Positions 40,817 to 51,502 of a stretch of DNA of 64,000 nt are shown here, piece by piece (positions within the stretch are counted from its first letter, which is position 1; the number at the start of each line of letters is the position of its first letter). The position numbers and the translations under genes are program-made. The notes below the pieces were generated by a model that was not told where the DNA came from, ran no database searches, and worked only from the letters and a program-made list of their open reading frames with translations. This stretch comes from Alphaproteobacteria bacterium (GTDB lineage Bacteria > Pseudomonadota > Alphaproteobacteria > Bin95): the NCBI GenBank assembly GCA_040263875.1, contig JBDQJI010000001.1, forward strand, positions 13,705 to 77,704. Reading direction: 5' to 3'.

Positions 40817-42037
40817 CTAGCCCGCCACATTTGCCCGGCGGAGCGGCACGCCAAACTCCCGCTGACAAATCTCAGCCAGTTTCGCGACACCCTCTCGGAT
40901 TTCCTGATGGCTCGTGTTCGCAAAGCAGAGCCGCATCCGGTTGGCACTGTAGGTATCATCCGTCGCCCATTCACGCCCCGGGTTGATCGCAATGCCTTCT
41001 GCCCCGGCTGCCTTGAACAGCTTTGAGGTATCAACCTCTTTCGGCAGCGTAACCCACAGGAAAATCCCGGCTTCCGGCTTTGGAAATTCAGCTGCTTCGC
41101 CAAAATTTGCCTCTAGCGCCTCAACCAACACATCTGCTTTGCCTTTCAGCATCACGTTGAGCTCGTCCACATGGGCGTCGAACGCTTCTGGGATATATCC
41201 AGCCAATGCCATCTGCTCGATAGCGCCACTGCCAGCGTCATTCTTAAGCGGCAGAATGCGGCTCATGACCTCCCAATCGGCCACCAGATATCCAACGCGC
41301 AAAGCGGGGGCGATGGATTTGGAGAATGAGCCGCAATAGACGACCCGGCCATCTTCATCCAGCGCTCGGAAGGCTGGTGGGCGGCCACCTTCAAAGATCA
41401 AGTCCGCGTAGCAATCGTCCTCAAAAATCGCGAGGTCGTGCGCTTTAGCAATGCTCAGAATCTCCCGGCGACGCTCTACAGACATGACGCTTGCCGTTGG
41501 GTTTTGCACGGTCGGGATGAGGTAGAGATATTTAACGCACTGGCCCGCCGCCTTGCAGGCCGCCAGTGCCTCTTCAAGCTTGGCTGGGATCATGCCGTCG
41601 TCATCAAGCTCCACCCCGACATAGTCAGCGCCCATGCCCCTGATCCGGGTGAGCGCGCCGCCATAGCAGGCTTGTTCAACAATCACGATATCGCCCGGCT
41701 CAAGAAACAGAGCGTTCACCAAGTCCATGGCTTGCAAGGACCCGGATGTAACCAGAACCTGATCCGGCGTTGTCGCCATCTGGGTGCGCCGTTGCAGCAT
41801 ATCCGCAATGGCTTCACGGAACGGCAGATAGCCTTGAGGGCCACTGGTCAGGCCGTATGTAGCAAGCGTGTTGCCCTCTGCCTTCAACGCAGCCGCGACA
41901 GCATCCGCCAACGGGCCAGCAGGCACCGTCTCGCCATCAATGTTTCCGCCAACGAAGTTATAGGTCGGAAAGGCTTTCCACGCTGTCGCGGGTGCGGGCG
42001 CATTGCTGCGGAATGATTGGCTGATATCGAATGGCAT
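40817..42037 (-). CDS. PLP-dependent aminotransferase, class I/II (ARO8 / 2-aminoadipate-aminotransferase-like).
   Basis: PLP lysine motif SFSKSIAPALRVGY; fold type I. Start taken at M23 of the track ORF. Confidence 0.8.
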   Translation of the reverse strand: MPFDISQSFRSNAPAPATAWKAFPTYNFVGGNIDGETVPAGPLADAVAAALKAEGNTLATYGLTSGPQGYLPFREAIADMLQRRTQMATTPDQVLVTSGSLQAMDLVNALFLEPGDIVIVEQACYGGALTRIRGMGADYVGVELDDDGMIPAKLEEALAACKAAGQCVKYLYLIPTVQNPTASVMSVERRREILSIAKAHDLAIFEDDCYADLIFEGGRPPAFRALDEDGRVVYCGSFSKSIAPALRVGYLVADWEVMSRILPLKNDAGSGAIEQMALAGYIPEAFDAHVDELNVMLKGKADVLVEALEANFGEAAEFPKPEAGIFLWVTLPKEVDTSKLFKAAGAEGIAINPGREWATDDTYSANRMRLCFANTSHQEIREGVAKLAEICQREFGVPLRRANVAG

Positions 42038-42235
42038 GGGGCAAGATCCTTGAGCGAGGTCAGAATGTGCTTCAAAGCATAAGCGCCCTGCCTCTCCACG
42101 CAAAGCCGCTCACATGCACGTGATCAGACCTTAGAAATTTGTTAATGCGCCCTTGTAACGGCGAACTGGCACACCACGTCTGTGTGACGAAACGCACACT
42201 CTGCAAACATTTACGTCTGAAAAGGATTTAGTCCC

Positions 42236-42379
42236 ATGAGCGCCCAGCTCGCAAAAGCTCAAGCGTCCGTCCGTCGGGTCCGCCGCAACTTTGATGTGGA
42301 CGCTCTCACCATTTGGCTCGGCGTTATGGGCCTTTATGTGGCTATTACCGCCGTATTCCTGATCGGCCACTCAGCCTAA
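42236..42379 (+). CDS. Candidate small (47 aa) single-TM membrane protein, absent from the >=60 aa ORF track.
   Basis: ATG 9 nt downstream of AAAGGA. Translation [47 protein letters not shown]: a basic N-terminus then one hydrophobic helix. The competing 79-aa minus-strand ORF has no protein-like features. Confidence 0.3.
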   Translation: MSAQLAKAQASVRRVRRNFDVDALTIWLGVMGLYVAITAVFLIGHSA

Positions 42380-43500
42380 TCAGCAGTTACAGCTGGTGCC
42401 GTCTTGGTGCGGCGCTTGCGCTCTGTTGCTGATTTCAGCTGACCGCACGCGGCCTGAATATCTTCCCCACGCGGCGTGCGGACCGGGCTTGGATAGCCAG
42501 CATCCATCATAATGTTAGCGAAGCGTTGGATGCGCTCATCCGTGGAACGCTCGAATTCTGCGCCAGGCCACTTATTGAACGGTATCAGGTTTATCTTGGA
42601 TGGAATGTCCTTCAGCATGCGCGCCAGAGCGTGCGCATGCTCATCCCGGTCATTCACATCCTTCAGCATCACATATTCAAACGTGATCCGACGCGCATTG
42701 TTAAGTGTTGGATAGTCCCGGCAAGCCTGAATCAATTGCTCAATCGGGTATTTCCGGTTGATGGGAACGATTCGGTCCCGGATTTCATCATCGGTCGCAT
42801 GCAAGGAGATCGCGAGGTTCACACCGATCTCTGCACCCGCGCGCTCGATCATTGGCACCACGCCAGCGGTGGACAGCGTGATCCGGCGCCGGGATAGCCC
42901 AAGACCCGAATCACTCATTGCCGTCAGCAGCGCCTTCTTGACGTTCTCAAAGTTATAAAGTGGCTCGCCCATCCCCATCATGACGATGTTGGTGAGCTTC
43001 CGGTCTGGCCTGGGTGCTGGCCAATCATTTAATGCATCCTTGGCCGTAAGGATCTGGCCCAAAATTTCTGCCGCCGTCAAATTGCGCACCAGCATCTGTG
43101 TGCCGGTATGGCAGAATCGGCAATTCAGCGTGCACCCAACTTGCGATGAAACGCACAACGTTCCCCGGTCTTTTTCAGGAATGTAAACGGTTTCAACCTG
43201 CGAGCCGTCGTCCAGCTTAAACAACCACTTCGTCGTGCCGTCTTTAGAAACCTCCGTCGTAGAAGCCTCCAAGCGCCCAAGCGAATAGCGCTCTTCCAAT
43301 TCAGCGCGAAGCGTCTTGGCCAATGTCGTCATGGATGCGAAATCAGGCGCGCCCAATCGGTACATCTGCTGCCACAATTGGCCCAACCGGAACGAACGCA
43401 AGTTCAGCGGTGCCAATGCTTCCTCAAGCTCCGGCAGATCAAGGCCAATCAGATTGATCTTGGCCGTCTGGTCCGGCTCAATCGCTATACTGTCCATCAT
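42376..43500 (-). CDS. rlmN: Dual-specificity RNA methyltransferase RlmN (23S rRNA m2A2503 / tRNA m2A37), radical SAM.
   Basis: Radical-SAM CxxxCxxC ([11 protein letters not shown]) plus the conserved RlmN N- and C-terminal regions. Confidence 0.9.
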   Translation of the reverse strand: MMDSIAIEPDQTAKINLIGLDLPELEEALAPLNLRSFRLGQLWQQMYRLGAPDFASMTTLAKTLRAELEERYSLGRLEASTTEVSKDGTTKWLFKLDDGSQVETVYIPEKDRGTLCVSSQVGCTLNCRFCHTGTQMLVRNLTAAEILGQILTAKDALNDWPAPRPDRKLTNIVMMGMGEPLYNFENVKKALLTAMSDSGLGLSRRRITLSTAGVVPMIERAGAEIGVNLAISLHATDDEIRDRIVPINRKYPIEQLIQACRDYPTLNNARRITFEYVMLKDVNDRDEHAHALARMLKDIPSKINLIPFNKWPGAEFERSTDERIQRFANIMMDAGYPSPVRTPRGEDIQAACGQLKSATERKRRTKTAPAVTAD

Positions 43501-43513
43501 CGCTGTTTGCTCA

Positions 43514-44026
43514 TTACCTTGAAGGGCAAGCCCGTGCGGTCGCTTTTAGCGCTGCCGTAACGCCGCGCAGTGAAAATTCATCAACCGTCCGGGTGCCACG
43601 TGCAGACGTGCCTAATAGCTCTAGTGTCGCTCCGCCGCGCATGGCGTTCACGAGCTTGCGATTATCCTTTTTGCGGGGCCACGCGACTTCGCCCGCCCCC
43701 TCCGCGACGAAGCGTCGCTTACCAATACGGAACTCCGGGCGGCTGCCCTTCTGGTATTGATAGCCTGCAATCGCGCTGGCCTCATCATACACCTTGTCCG
43801 CAGGGCGGCGGGCAACCATCAACAGAACTGGGTCACGCTTAGAATACTTGCCCTCAGATTTCTTCGGCGAACTCAACGCGTAGCACACCTTGCCGCCGCC
43901 ATCTGACGCGACGAACGCCTCCCAATCCCTGAATTGCCCTAGAGATTTCGGTTCCGCAGCTGATGCAGCGCCGGAAATAAGCAGGGATACAAGGGCGACG
44001 GCAGTACTGATTCGCAGGCTTGGCAT
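43514..44026 (-). CDS. Invasion-associated locus B (IalB)-family periplasmic protein.
   Basis: Signal peptide followed by an IalB-like domain ([19 protein letters not shown]...); 170 aa. Confidence 0.72.
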   Translation of the reverse strand: MPSLRISTAVALVSLLISGAASAAEPKSLGQFRDWEAFVASDGGGKVCYALSSPKKSEGKYSKRDPVLLMVARRPADKVYDEASAIAGYQYQKGSRPEFRIGKRRFVAEGAGEVAWPRKKDNRKLVNAMRGGATLELLGTSARGTRTVDEFSLRGVTAALKATARACPSR

Positions 44027-44190
44027 TGTCGAATTCCGTCCACTTCCATTCAGTTTTATGATCGGGCGACGGGCTGCTTATATAATAGTGATACCCAGCG
44101 CCGCCAGGGTCCGCCGCCATTTTCCCTGACGCCTACACCAATAAGGCGTATGATTGTGGCGATTTCTGGTTATTCCAGCCGCCACAACGC

Positions 44191-44218
44191 TTGCATCCCG
44201 CTGGCTGATATGTATAAA
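44191..44218 (+). promoter_or_regulatory. Candidate sigma70-type promoter of the rpsF-rpsR-rplI operon.
   Basis: TTGCAT, 16-nt spacer, TATAAA; about 90 nt upstream of the rpsF ATG. Confidence 0.35.
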
Positions 44219-44310
44219 GGCCGCTTGATCGCTGGGACCGCCCGCAATCGACAGCGCGGGGGGCTGCCCGGCGCTATGTTTTTCCAACAGCGCGTAGGTG
44301 CTAACCGGCC

Positions 44311-44769
44311 ATGCCGTATTATGAGAACGTGTTCATTGGACGACAGGATCTGTCGTCCGCGCAAGTCGAAGCGCTAACGGACAGCTATGCCGCCATCATT
44401 GAAGAGCAGGGTGGCAAAGTCCTGAAGCGGGAACATTGGGGCCTTAAGTCCCTGGCTTATCGGATCAAAAAGAACCGTAAAGGCCATTATGTGATGCTCA
44501 ATGTAGAGGCTGAATGGCCCGCATTGGCTGAAGTTGAGCGCCAGATGCGCCTGAGCGAAGATATCATTCGCTTCCTCACCGTGCGCGTTGAAGAAGTTTC
44601 TGAAGAACCTTCCCCCATGATGACCCGCCGGGATCGCGATGAGCGTCGCCCGCGTCGGGATGATCGTGGCGGCGATAGGGGTGGTGACCGCGGTGGTCGT
44701 GATGACCGCCCACAACGTCGCGAAGAAAATAGCGAAGCTGCACCAGCTGCAGCCGGAGGGACTGAATAA
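44311..44769 (+). CDS. rpsF: 30S ribosomal protein S6, with an Arg/Asp/Gly-rich C-terminal extension.
   Basis: [22 protein letters not shown]...; C-terminal [14 protein letters not shown] tail. Confidence 0.95.
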   Translation: MPYYENVFIGRQDLSSAQVEALTDSYAAIIEEQGGKVLKREHWGLKSLAYRIKKNRKGHYVMLNVEAEWPALAEVERQMRLSEDIIRFLTVRVEEVSEEPSPMMTRRDRDERRPRRDDRGGDRGGDRGGRDDRPQRREENSEAAPAAAGGTE

Positions 44770-45017
44770 TGGCTATGGGCGCTGCAGGCGGCGGTCGTCG
44801 TCCTTTTTTCCGTCGCAAGAAATCTTGCCCTTTCTCTGGCCCGAACGCGCCTGCGATTGATTATCGCGATGTGCGCTTGCTGCAGCGGTTTCTGACCGAC
44901 CGCGGCAAAATCGTGCCGAGCCGTATTTCCGCTGTCTCAGCCAAGAAGCAGCGCGCCCTCGCCCAGGCGATCAAGCGCGCACGTCATCTTGGCCTGCTGC
45001 CTTACCTGATCCGCTAG
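44769..45017 (+). CDS. rpsR: 30S ribosomal protein S18.
   Basis: 82 aa; conserved S18 core ([49 protein letters not shown]). Confidence 0.95.
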   Translation: MAMGAAGGGRRPFFRRKKSCPFSGPNAPAIDYRDVRLLQRFLTDRGKIVPSRISAVSAKKQRALAQAIKRARHLGLLPYLIR

Positions 45018-45035
45018 CCCACGGGGTTCTGACCA

Positions 45036-45647
45036 ATGGATGTTATCCTGCTTGAGCGGGTCGAAAATCTCGGCCAAATGGGCGAAGTCGTCACCGTAAA
45101 GAACGGTTACGCGCGCAACTTCTTGCTGCCGCAGAAAAAGGCCCTGCGTGCTTCCAAAGAGAGCCTTGTGTATTTCGAGACACAAAAGGCACAGCTTGAA
45201 GCGCAGAATCTTCAGCGGAAATCTGAAGCTGAAACTGTTGGCGAAAGCATGGCAGGCATGACTGTCGTACTGATCCGACAAGCCGGCGATACGGGCCAAC
45301 TTTACGGTTCCGTGTCCAGCCGTGATGTGGCTGAAGCTGTAACGGACGCTGGCTCTACGATTGACCGCCGCCAGGTTCAGTTGGAAAAGCCGATCAAAGA
45401 GCTTGGTTTGCACGAAATCAGCCTGCGCCTGCACCCGGAAGTCGATATCGGGATCACGGTAAATGTCGCGCGCAGCGTCGACGAAGCCGAAGCACAGGCA
45501 CGTGGCGAAAACGTGCTGACGCGCGCTGATGAATTCGAATTCGACGATGAAGATGATGCAGAACTCGACGCACTCCTGGGCGAAGCTCCGGACCGTGACG
45601 ATGATCTGGAAGACACAGCCAATGACGAAGGCGAGAAGGCCGACTAG
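45036..45647 (+). CDS. rplI: 50S ribosomal protein L9.
   Basis: [36 protein letters not shown]; acidic C-terminal tail. Confidence 0.95.
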   Translation: MDVILLERVENLGQMGEVVTVKNGYARNFLLPQKKALRASKESLVYFETQKAQLEAQNLQRKSEAETVGESMAGMTVVLIRQAGDTGQLYGSVSSRDVAEAVTDAGSTIDRRQVQLEKPIKELGLHEISLRLHPEVDIGITVNVARSVDEAEAQARGENVLTRADEFEFDDEDDAELDALLGEAPDRDDDLEDTANDEGEKAD

Positions 45648-45677
45648 GCCTCTCACCAACCTGCTAGGCGTTTCTGC

Positions 45678-45716
45678 AAAGCCCGGTTCCGCATTGATTT
45701 GCGGGCCGGGCTTTTA
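45678..45716 (+). terminator. Rho-independent terminator after rplI; possibly bidirectional, also serving tRNA-Lys.
   Basis: aaaGCCCGG-ttccgcattgatttgcgg-GCCGGGC-TTTT, with an inner ccgca/tgcgg helix. Confidence 0.6.
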
Positions 45717-45827
45717 GCTGTCTTGAGCATTCATCCGCGCCGGCCGAATCAGGCGCAACGCCTCACGCATGCTCTGAAAGCCTCTCAACAGAGGCTCACA
45801 GTACGATGTTCATTCTATTTGGGAAAA

Positions 45828-45903
<76 letters not shown>

Positions 45904-46138
45904 TGACGCCATGAATCGGGGCCAGCGGAGCGCACCCTATGGGCGGCAGCGGCGCGGGTCAAGATGCATTTTTCACTCAATTCAAAATCAAGCACAAAGC
46001 GTCTAGATTGCCGCAGTGGATGCACGGGTAATCACCTAATTTCCGGCACCTTTCAGATAACCAAACCAGATAGAATGGCCAAGATACCTGGCCCTGTCCC
46101 AGAGGCCATCGCGTAATCGCAGATCTCTGGCCGTACCC

Positions 46139-46774
46139 TCAGTCCACCACTGCAGCGCCAGTTGGTCCCATTAGATGGAACGATAGCGCAGCCTGCCCCT
46201 CAGTGACATCCGCTAAGTGACCGACCTGCAGAGTATCAAACACCTGGCGGCAGGACGCAGGGTGTGGATGGCTGATTTGGACTTTATCGAGGCGAACCCC
46301 CAAATCCTGCTGTGCTGTACTTGGGTGCGGCCCCGGGGACCATTCAATGAATGCCGGCAGAAGACCGCCCCAAGGCAAGTGGCCGTCAGTCGGCACCGTC
46401 AGACGCCAGGAACGGTCGCCACGGGTGAAATGAACGATCTCACCGAGGTCAACAAAACTGGCTGCAACAACGGCGTCGAGATCATCGGTACCAACGACCC
46501 AACATAAAGCGCGCGGGCGCGCAGCCAGGCGTGCGATTGTCGCTGGGTCATCCATGCTGAACCAGCGCGCGCGACCAGGTGGTGGCGCATCTGGATCAAT
46601 CGCCAAAATTTCAAGAAACGATTCGCCCCCCGCCTGCATGACGCAGTTGTGGGTGCCCATCGTGTCGTGCTTGCCGCCACGCGGCGTCTCGACGCCCAAC
46701 AGCTTCTGCAACGCATTGACGGCCGCCTCAAGCGACGATGCGCCAATGCCAAAATGGTCAATTTTGTTATTCAT
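46139..46774 (-). CDS. VOC (glyoxalase/bleomycin-resistance/dioxygenase) superfamily protein.
   Basis: Glyoxalase-like domain start (MNNKIDHFGIGASSLEAAVNAL...); ~210 aa. Confidence 0.6.
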   Translation of the reverse strand: MNNKIDHFGIGASSLEAAVNALQKLLGVETPRGGKHDTMGTHNCVMQAGGESFLEILAIDPDAPPPGRARWFSMDDPATIARLAARPRALCWVVGTDDLDAVVAASFVDLGEIVHFTRGDRSWRLTVPTDGHLPWGGLLPAFIEWSPGPHPSTAQQDLGVRLDKVQISHPHPASCRQVFDTLQVGHLADVTEGQAALSFHLMGPTGAAVVD

Positions 46775-46869
46775 CATCAACCTCAAAATTTCTGTTCAAA
46801 GACGGCAAGCTACAGCTTAGCGGCGTGTCCGAACAGAAATTTGAAGCGTGGCCATGAAGCGAATGCGCC

Positions 46870-47412
46870 TTAGTAAGCCTTAGACGCAGCTCCTGCCTCA
46901 ACCTTGCCACCGCCGTTGAGGCGTGCGGCTAATGCTGCTTTGACATGAGGCGGCACGAATGTCGTGATGTCGCCATCGAGCGCCGCAATCTCTTTCACGA
47001 AGCGTGATGAGATATATTGGCAACGCTCAGACGCCATCAGGAACACCGTCTCAATAGAATTATCGAGGCGGCTGTTCATGCCCGTCATCTGGAACTCATA
47101 GTCAAAGTCCGACACGGCGCGGAGGCCACGGACGATGACATTAGCACCGACATCTTTGGCGTAGTGAACCAGTAGGCCTTCCATCGTCCGAACCGTGATG
47201 CGATTCGCGAGTTCACGGTCTTCAAGACTCGCAATCCACTCCTCCACCATCGCCACCCGGTCATCAATACCGAATAACGGGCCTTTGCCTGCATTAATCG
47301 CAACGCCAACGACCAATTCTTCGACCACTCGCGCACCGCGCATGATGATATCGAAATGCCCATTAGTCGGCGGGTCAAATGTGCCTGGATACAGGCCGAC
47401 AACCCTCGCCAT
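46870..47412 (-). CDS. coaD: Phosphopantetheine adenylyltransferase.
   Basis: YPGTFDPPTNGHFDII (HxGH nucleotidyltransferase motif) at the N-terminus. Confidence 0.9.
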   Translation of the reverse strand: MARVVGLYPGTFDPPTNGHFDIIMRGARVVEELVVGVAINAGKGPLFGIDDRVAMVEEWIASLEDRELANRITVRTMEGLLVHYAKDVGANVIVRGLRAVSDFDYEFQMTGMNSRLDNSIETVFLMASERCQYISSRFVKEIAALDGDITTFVPPHVKAALAARLNGGGKVEAGAASKAY

Positions 47413-47424
47413 AGTCTCGTGCTC

Positions 47425-50139
47425 CTATTCGGAAGCGTCTTCGCCGCCCTCATCCGGGCCAGCATCCACCGCTCCATCTTCATCCATGTCTTCATCGCCG
47501 GAGCCATCGTCATTCAGTCGTGTGACGCTGACAACCCGGTCCCCCTCAGACACATTGAAGATTTTTACGCCGCGCGTCGAGCGGCGCGCCATACGCACCC
47601 CGCCGACCGGGCAGCGGATCAATTGACCACCATTGGTGACTAGCACGAGACCATCCGAATCCTCGACCGGGAAGGCACCGACAACTTCTACGTCGCCATC
47701 CGCCAAGCCCATGAGTTCAATGCCTTTACCGCCGCGTTTCGTAACCCTGTAGTCGTAGGCCGATGTGCGCTTGCCAAGACCATTGTCGGCGAGTGTGAGG
47801 ATAAATTGCTCGCCGTTTTGGTATTCCTCGAAGATTTCCGGCGGCAGGCCACCCTCTTCCATCTCCTCACCCCGACGTAGCGCTGTGGACTGCTTGAGAT
47901 AGAGATCGCGTTCTGCTGTCTCAAATACCGCACCGCCCAGAATCGACATGGAGATCACACGATCGCCCTTCGCCAGATCAATGCCGCGGTTACCCGTTGA
48001 ATTACGGCCGGCGAAAACGCGAACGTCCTCAACCGAGAAGCGGATGCAGCGGGCTTTCGCCGTTGCCAGCAAGACGTGATGACCAGGTTCACAAATCTCG
48101 ACGCCGATCAGCGAATCGTCCTCGCCAAGTTTCATGGCAATCTTGCCGTTCGACATAACGTTCGAGAAATCAGACAGCAAGTTACGCCGGACATTGCCGG
48201 AGCGGGTGGCGAACATCACGTTCATCTGCTCCCACTCTGCCGGATCTTCCGGCAGCGGTAACACAGCTGAAATCGTTTCGCCTTCTTGCAGCGGCAGCAA
48301 TTGCACGAGCGGGCGACCACGTGACTGTGGGGAGCCGAGCGGCAATTTGTAGACCTTCAGCTTGTAGGCAATGCCTCGGGTCGTGAAGAACAGCACTGGC
48401 GCATGGGTGGACGCCGCGAATACGTCACGCACGACATCTTCATCCCGCGTCGCCATGCCAGACCGGCCTTTGCCGCCGCGGCGCTGTGACCGGTAGTCGG
48501 ATAGCGCCGTGCGCTTCACATAACCATTGGCCGAAACCGTAACGACCATTTCTTCGCGCTGGATCAGGTCCTCATCATCTTGGTCCGCATCAGCAGCTTC
48601 AAGCATGGTGCGACGCGGCACAGCGAATCGCTCTTTTACCTTCAGCAGCTCTTCGCGCATGACCTGATAAAGCTTTTCGCGCGATCCTAGAATTTCAAGG
48701 TATTCGCGGATCTTACCAGCCGTTTCATCCAGTTCTTCCTGGATTTTATCCTGTTCCAGGCCGGTCAAACGATGCAGGCGAAGGTCCAGAATGGCACGGG
48801 CCTGAATTTCAGAGAGGCTATATCCAGCATCGGTCAACGCACCGCTGGCGCTATCGCCAATCAATTCGATCAGCGGGCCAACATCGCCGGCGGGCCAGGC
48901 TCGCGCCATCAGCGCTGCGCGCGCTTCGGTGGGATCAGGTGCGGCGCGAATAAGCGCGATCACTTCGTCAATATTGGCAACAGCAACGACGAGGCCGAGC
49001 AATACATGGCCCCGGTCTCGGGCTTTCGCCAATTCATGCTGCGTGCGCCGCGCAATGACTTCTTCGCGGAAGATGACGAAAGCGTCCAACACGGCTTTCA
49101 GCGACAGAAGTTCTGGCCGTCCACCGTTCAGCGCCAACATGTTGACGCCAAAGCTAGTCTGCAGGGCCGTGTGACGATAGAGCTGGTTCAGCACGACTTC
49201 AGCGTTGGCATCGCGCTTGAGGTCGACAACGATCCGCACGCCATGGCGATCCGACTCGTCGCGCAGCTCAGAAATTCCCTCAACCATCTTCGCGGCAGAG
49301 ACTTCGGCAATACGCTCAACCAGACGGGATTTATTGACCTGATAGGGAATTTCGTGGATCAGAATCGCGTTGCGGCGCAGGTCAATCTCCGCCTTAGCGC
49401 GCGTTACGATCGATCCGCGCCCCGTCGCATAGGCAGAGCGAATGCCGCCCCGACCCATGATTGTAGCCCCCGTCGGAAAGTCTGGCCCCGGAATGATCTC
49501 CAGCAGCGCTTCCATATCAATTTCGGGGTTATCGATGACGGCCAACGCCGCATCGATCACTTCGCCCAGGTTATGTGGCGGAATATTTGTTGCCATACCA
49601 ACGGCGATACCGCCTGCGCCATTTACCAGCAGATGTGGGAATTCCGCCGGTAGGACGACAGGTTCACTATCGGACTCATCGTAGTTCGGCTGGAAATCGA
49701 CCGTGCTTTTGTCGATGTCCGCAATCAGCGCTTCAGATGCATTGGCAAGCCTGGCTTCGGTGTAACGCATCGCCGCCGGAGGATCGCCATCCATTGAGCC
49801 AAAATTGCCCTGGCCAGAAATTAAGGGCAGGCTCATGGAGAAGTCCTGCGCCATGCGAACCAGCGCATCATAAATGGCCGAGTCGCCGTGCGGATGGTAC
49901 TTACCCATCACGTCCCCGACGATACGCGCAGACTTACGAAACGGACGGTTCCAATCGTACCCGCCCTCGCGCATTGCATAGAGAATGCGGCGGTGAACTG
50001 GCTTCAAACCATCCCGGACATCAGGGATCGCGCGGGCGACAATCACGCTCATTGCATAATCGAGGTATGAACGCTGCATCTCCTCTTCGATGGAGACGGA
50101 TTGAATGTCATCTGACCGTGGCGGCGACGTATCGGACAC
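47425..50139 (-). CDS. gyrA: DNA gyrase subunit A. GTG start, acidic C-terminal tail.
   Basis: 904 aa; active-site region [28 protein letters not shown]; C-terminal beta-pinwheel repeats; RBS GGAGA. Confidence 0.95.
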   Translation of the reverse strand: MSDTSPPRSDDIQSVSIEEEMQRSYLDYAMSVIVARAIPDVRDGLKPVHRRILYAMREGGYDWNRPFRKSARIVGDVMGKYHPHGDSAIYDALVRMAQDFSMSLPLISGQGNFGSMDGDPPAAMRYTEARLANASEALIADIDKSTVDFQPNYDESDSEPVVLPAEFPHLLVNGAGGIAVGMATNIPPHNLGEVIDAALAVIDNPEIDMEALLEIIPGPDFPTGATIMGRGGIRSAYATGRGSIVTRAKAEIDLRRNAILIHEIPYQVNKSRLVERIAEVSAAKMVEGISELRDESDRHGVRIVVDLKRDANAEVVLNQLYRHTALQTSFGVNMLALNGGRPELLSLKAVLDAFVIFREEVIARRTQHELAKARDRGHVLLGLVVAVANIDEVIALIRAAPDPTEARAALMARAWPAGDVGPLIELIGDSASGALTDAGYSLSEIQARAILDLRLHRLTGLEQDKIQEELDETAGKIREYLEILGSREKLYQVMREELLKVKERFAVPRRTMLEAADADQDDEDLIQREEMVVTVSANGYVKRTALSDYRSQRRGGKGRSGMATRDEDVVRDVFAASTHAPVLFFTTRGIAYKLKVYKLPLGSPQSRGRPLVQLLPLQEGETISAVLPLPEDPAEWEQMNVMFATRSGNVRRNLLSDFSNVMSNGKIAMKLGEDDSLIGVEICEPGHHVLLATAKARCIRFSVEDVRVFAGRNSTGNRGIDLAKGDRVISMSILGGAVFETAERDLYLKQSTALRRGEEMEEGGLPPEIFEEYQNGEQFILTLADNGLGKRTSAYDYRVTKRGGKGIELMGLADGDVEVVGAFPVEDSDGLVLVTNGGQLIRCPVGGVRMARRSTRGVKIFNVSEGDRVVSVTRLNDDGSGDEDMDEDGAVDAGPDEGGEDASE

Positions 50140-50150
50140 CAGGATTCTCC

Positions 50151-50178
50151 TAATAAAATGGCGGCTTCACGAGCCGCC
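50151..50178 (-). terminator. Hairpin plus T-tract immediately upstream of the gyrA RBS. Either the terminator of the upstream hypothetical gene or an attenuator-like element.
   Basis: On the minus strand: GGCGGCTCGTGAAGCCGCC followed by ATTTTATTA, then GGAGAATCCT-GTG (gyrA). Confidence 0.4.
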
Positions 50179-50244
50179 TGATTCGTCAAAAACTATAGCT
50201 GTTTCAACGGAAAACTGAAACCTTCAGCAGCGTGAAATATGTGC

Positions 50245-50949
50245 CTAACCGCGCTTATATTCGGCGAGCGAACAGGCTTCGATAACTCGCCCTTCCCGCT
50301 TCCGCTCAATCCTGAGCGCGAGGCCAAGTTTTGGCGCGTAGGATACTGTCGCCACTTCCGTCACATCAAACCCTGCAGCGGCTTCAGAGAGCGTTAGTGG
50401 GTTCTGCTGGGCGTCCACATACCGGGTGCGCTGTTCCTCAATCTGAACAATTGTGACTTCACCAAGACCACTAGGCGCAAAGCTAGCGGCGCGGCCTTTA
50501 ACGCGCACGTCATAGCGCCATTCCAGCGGTACAGTTGAGCCATCGAGCGGCGCTTCGGCATAATTCGCTGAGATGAGCCCAGGCTTGAGTTCTTGCAGCA
50601 AACGCAGCGACCCCGTGAGGCGGCGGAACTTAGCTGCACCCTGCCCGCTTACGCGCTCGCGATAGAGGGTCGCCGTCGCCAGCTGCCAGGGATAGTGCGA
50701 TGTCCGCCGGTCACGGCCACCCAGGCTTTCTTCAATCCGGTGTTGACCGTCGTCGAATCCGGTGAAACTAAACCGAACAGTTGCTGCATCGCCAACAGCG
50801 CAGCGGTACACGCCGGTAACCCCGGTTGGATTGATACGATCCGCAACTGCATCTGCTGGTGCCAGAGGCGAATCTTCCGCCGCAGCAGGCATTACCGCAG
50901 TGCAAAACGCTGTTAACGCAACGAACCGGAGTTTCTGGCGGGCTTGCAT
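50245..50949 (-). CDS. Hypothetical secreted/periplasmic protein.
   Basis: Start taken at M72 of the track ORF, which gives a signal peptide MQARQKLRFVALTAFCTAVMPAAAEDSPL. The long upstream extension of the track ORF is Ala/Val low-complexity. Confidence 0.5.
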   Translation of the reverse strand: MQARQKLRFVALTAFCTAVMPAAAEDSPLAPADAVADRINPTGVTGVYRCAVGDAATVRFSFTGFDDGQHRIEESLGGRDRRTSHYPWQLATATLYRERVSGQGAAKFRRLTGSLRLLQELKPGLISANYAEAPLDGSTVPLEWRYDVRVKGRAASFAPSGLGEVTIVQIEEQRTRYVDAQQNPLTLSEAAAGFDVTEVATVSYAPKLGLALRIERKREGRVIEACSLAEYKRG

Positions 50950-50953
50950 CAGC

Positions 50954-51502
50954 TTAGAACGGAATGTCGTCGTCAAGATCCATAGGCGCTGCGCGGGTTT
51001 CGTCCCGGCCGCCGCCACCGCTGCTGGAGCGCTGCTGCCCGCCACCAGAGGACCTCTGTCCCCCGCCGCTGCTGCCGTAATCATTACCACCACCGCCACT
51101 CGAGCTGCCGTAGTCACCACCGCCGCCACCACTGCCGGACTCGCCGTCCTGACGGCCATCAAGCATTGTCAGCTCGCCACGGAACCGGCCCAACACCACT
51201 TCAGTAGAATAGCGGTCATTGCCCGACTGATCCTGCCATTTGCGTGTTTGCAACTGCCCTTCAATATAAACCTTAGAGCCTTTGCGCAGAAAACGCTCCG
51301 CCACATCCACGAGATTCTCGTTAAAGATGACGACCCGGTGCCATTCGGTTTGCTCACGGCGTTCGCCGGAGCCGCGATCCCGCCAGCGTTCGGACGTAGC
51401 GATAGACAGGCGACCGAACCGGCGCCCATCTTGTGTTTGAGTGAATTCGGGGTCACGGCCCAGATTACCGACCAGAATGACCTTATTGACGCTGCCGGAC
51501 AT
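50954..51502 (-). CDS. ssb: Single-stranded DNA-binding protein.
   Basis: OB fold ([19 protein letters not shown]...), Gly-rich linker, C-terminal DDDIPF tip. Start taken at M53 of the track ORF. Confidence 0.9.
   Translation of the reverse strand: MSGSVNKVILVGNLGRDPEFTQTQDGRRFGRLSIATSERWRDRGSGERREQTEWHRVVIFNENLVDVAERFLRKGSKVYIEGQLQTRKWQDQSGNDRYSTEVVLGRFRGELTMLDGRQDGESGSGGGGGDYGSSSGGGGNDYGSSGGGQRSSGGGQQRSSSGGGGRDETRAAPMDLDDDIPF

Noticed and set aside
42131-42370. 79-aa minus-strand ORF between the aminotransferase gene and rlmN.
   Set aside because: No RBS, and the amino-acid composition is not protein-like. The plus-strand 47-aa ORF with an SD and a TM helix is the better explanation of coding potential here.
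45904-46138. Possible integrated element or sRNA next to tRNA-Lys.
   Set aside because: The 235-nt spacer contains only a plausible tRNA promoter (TTGACC-17-TAGGGT with an AT-rich UP region) and weak hairpins. There is no integrase, no direct repeat of the tRNA 3' end, and no compositional shift.
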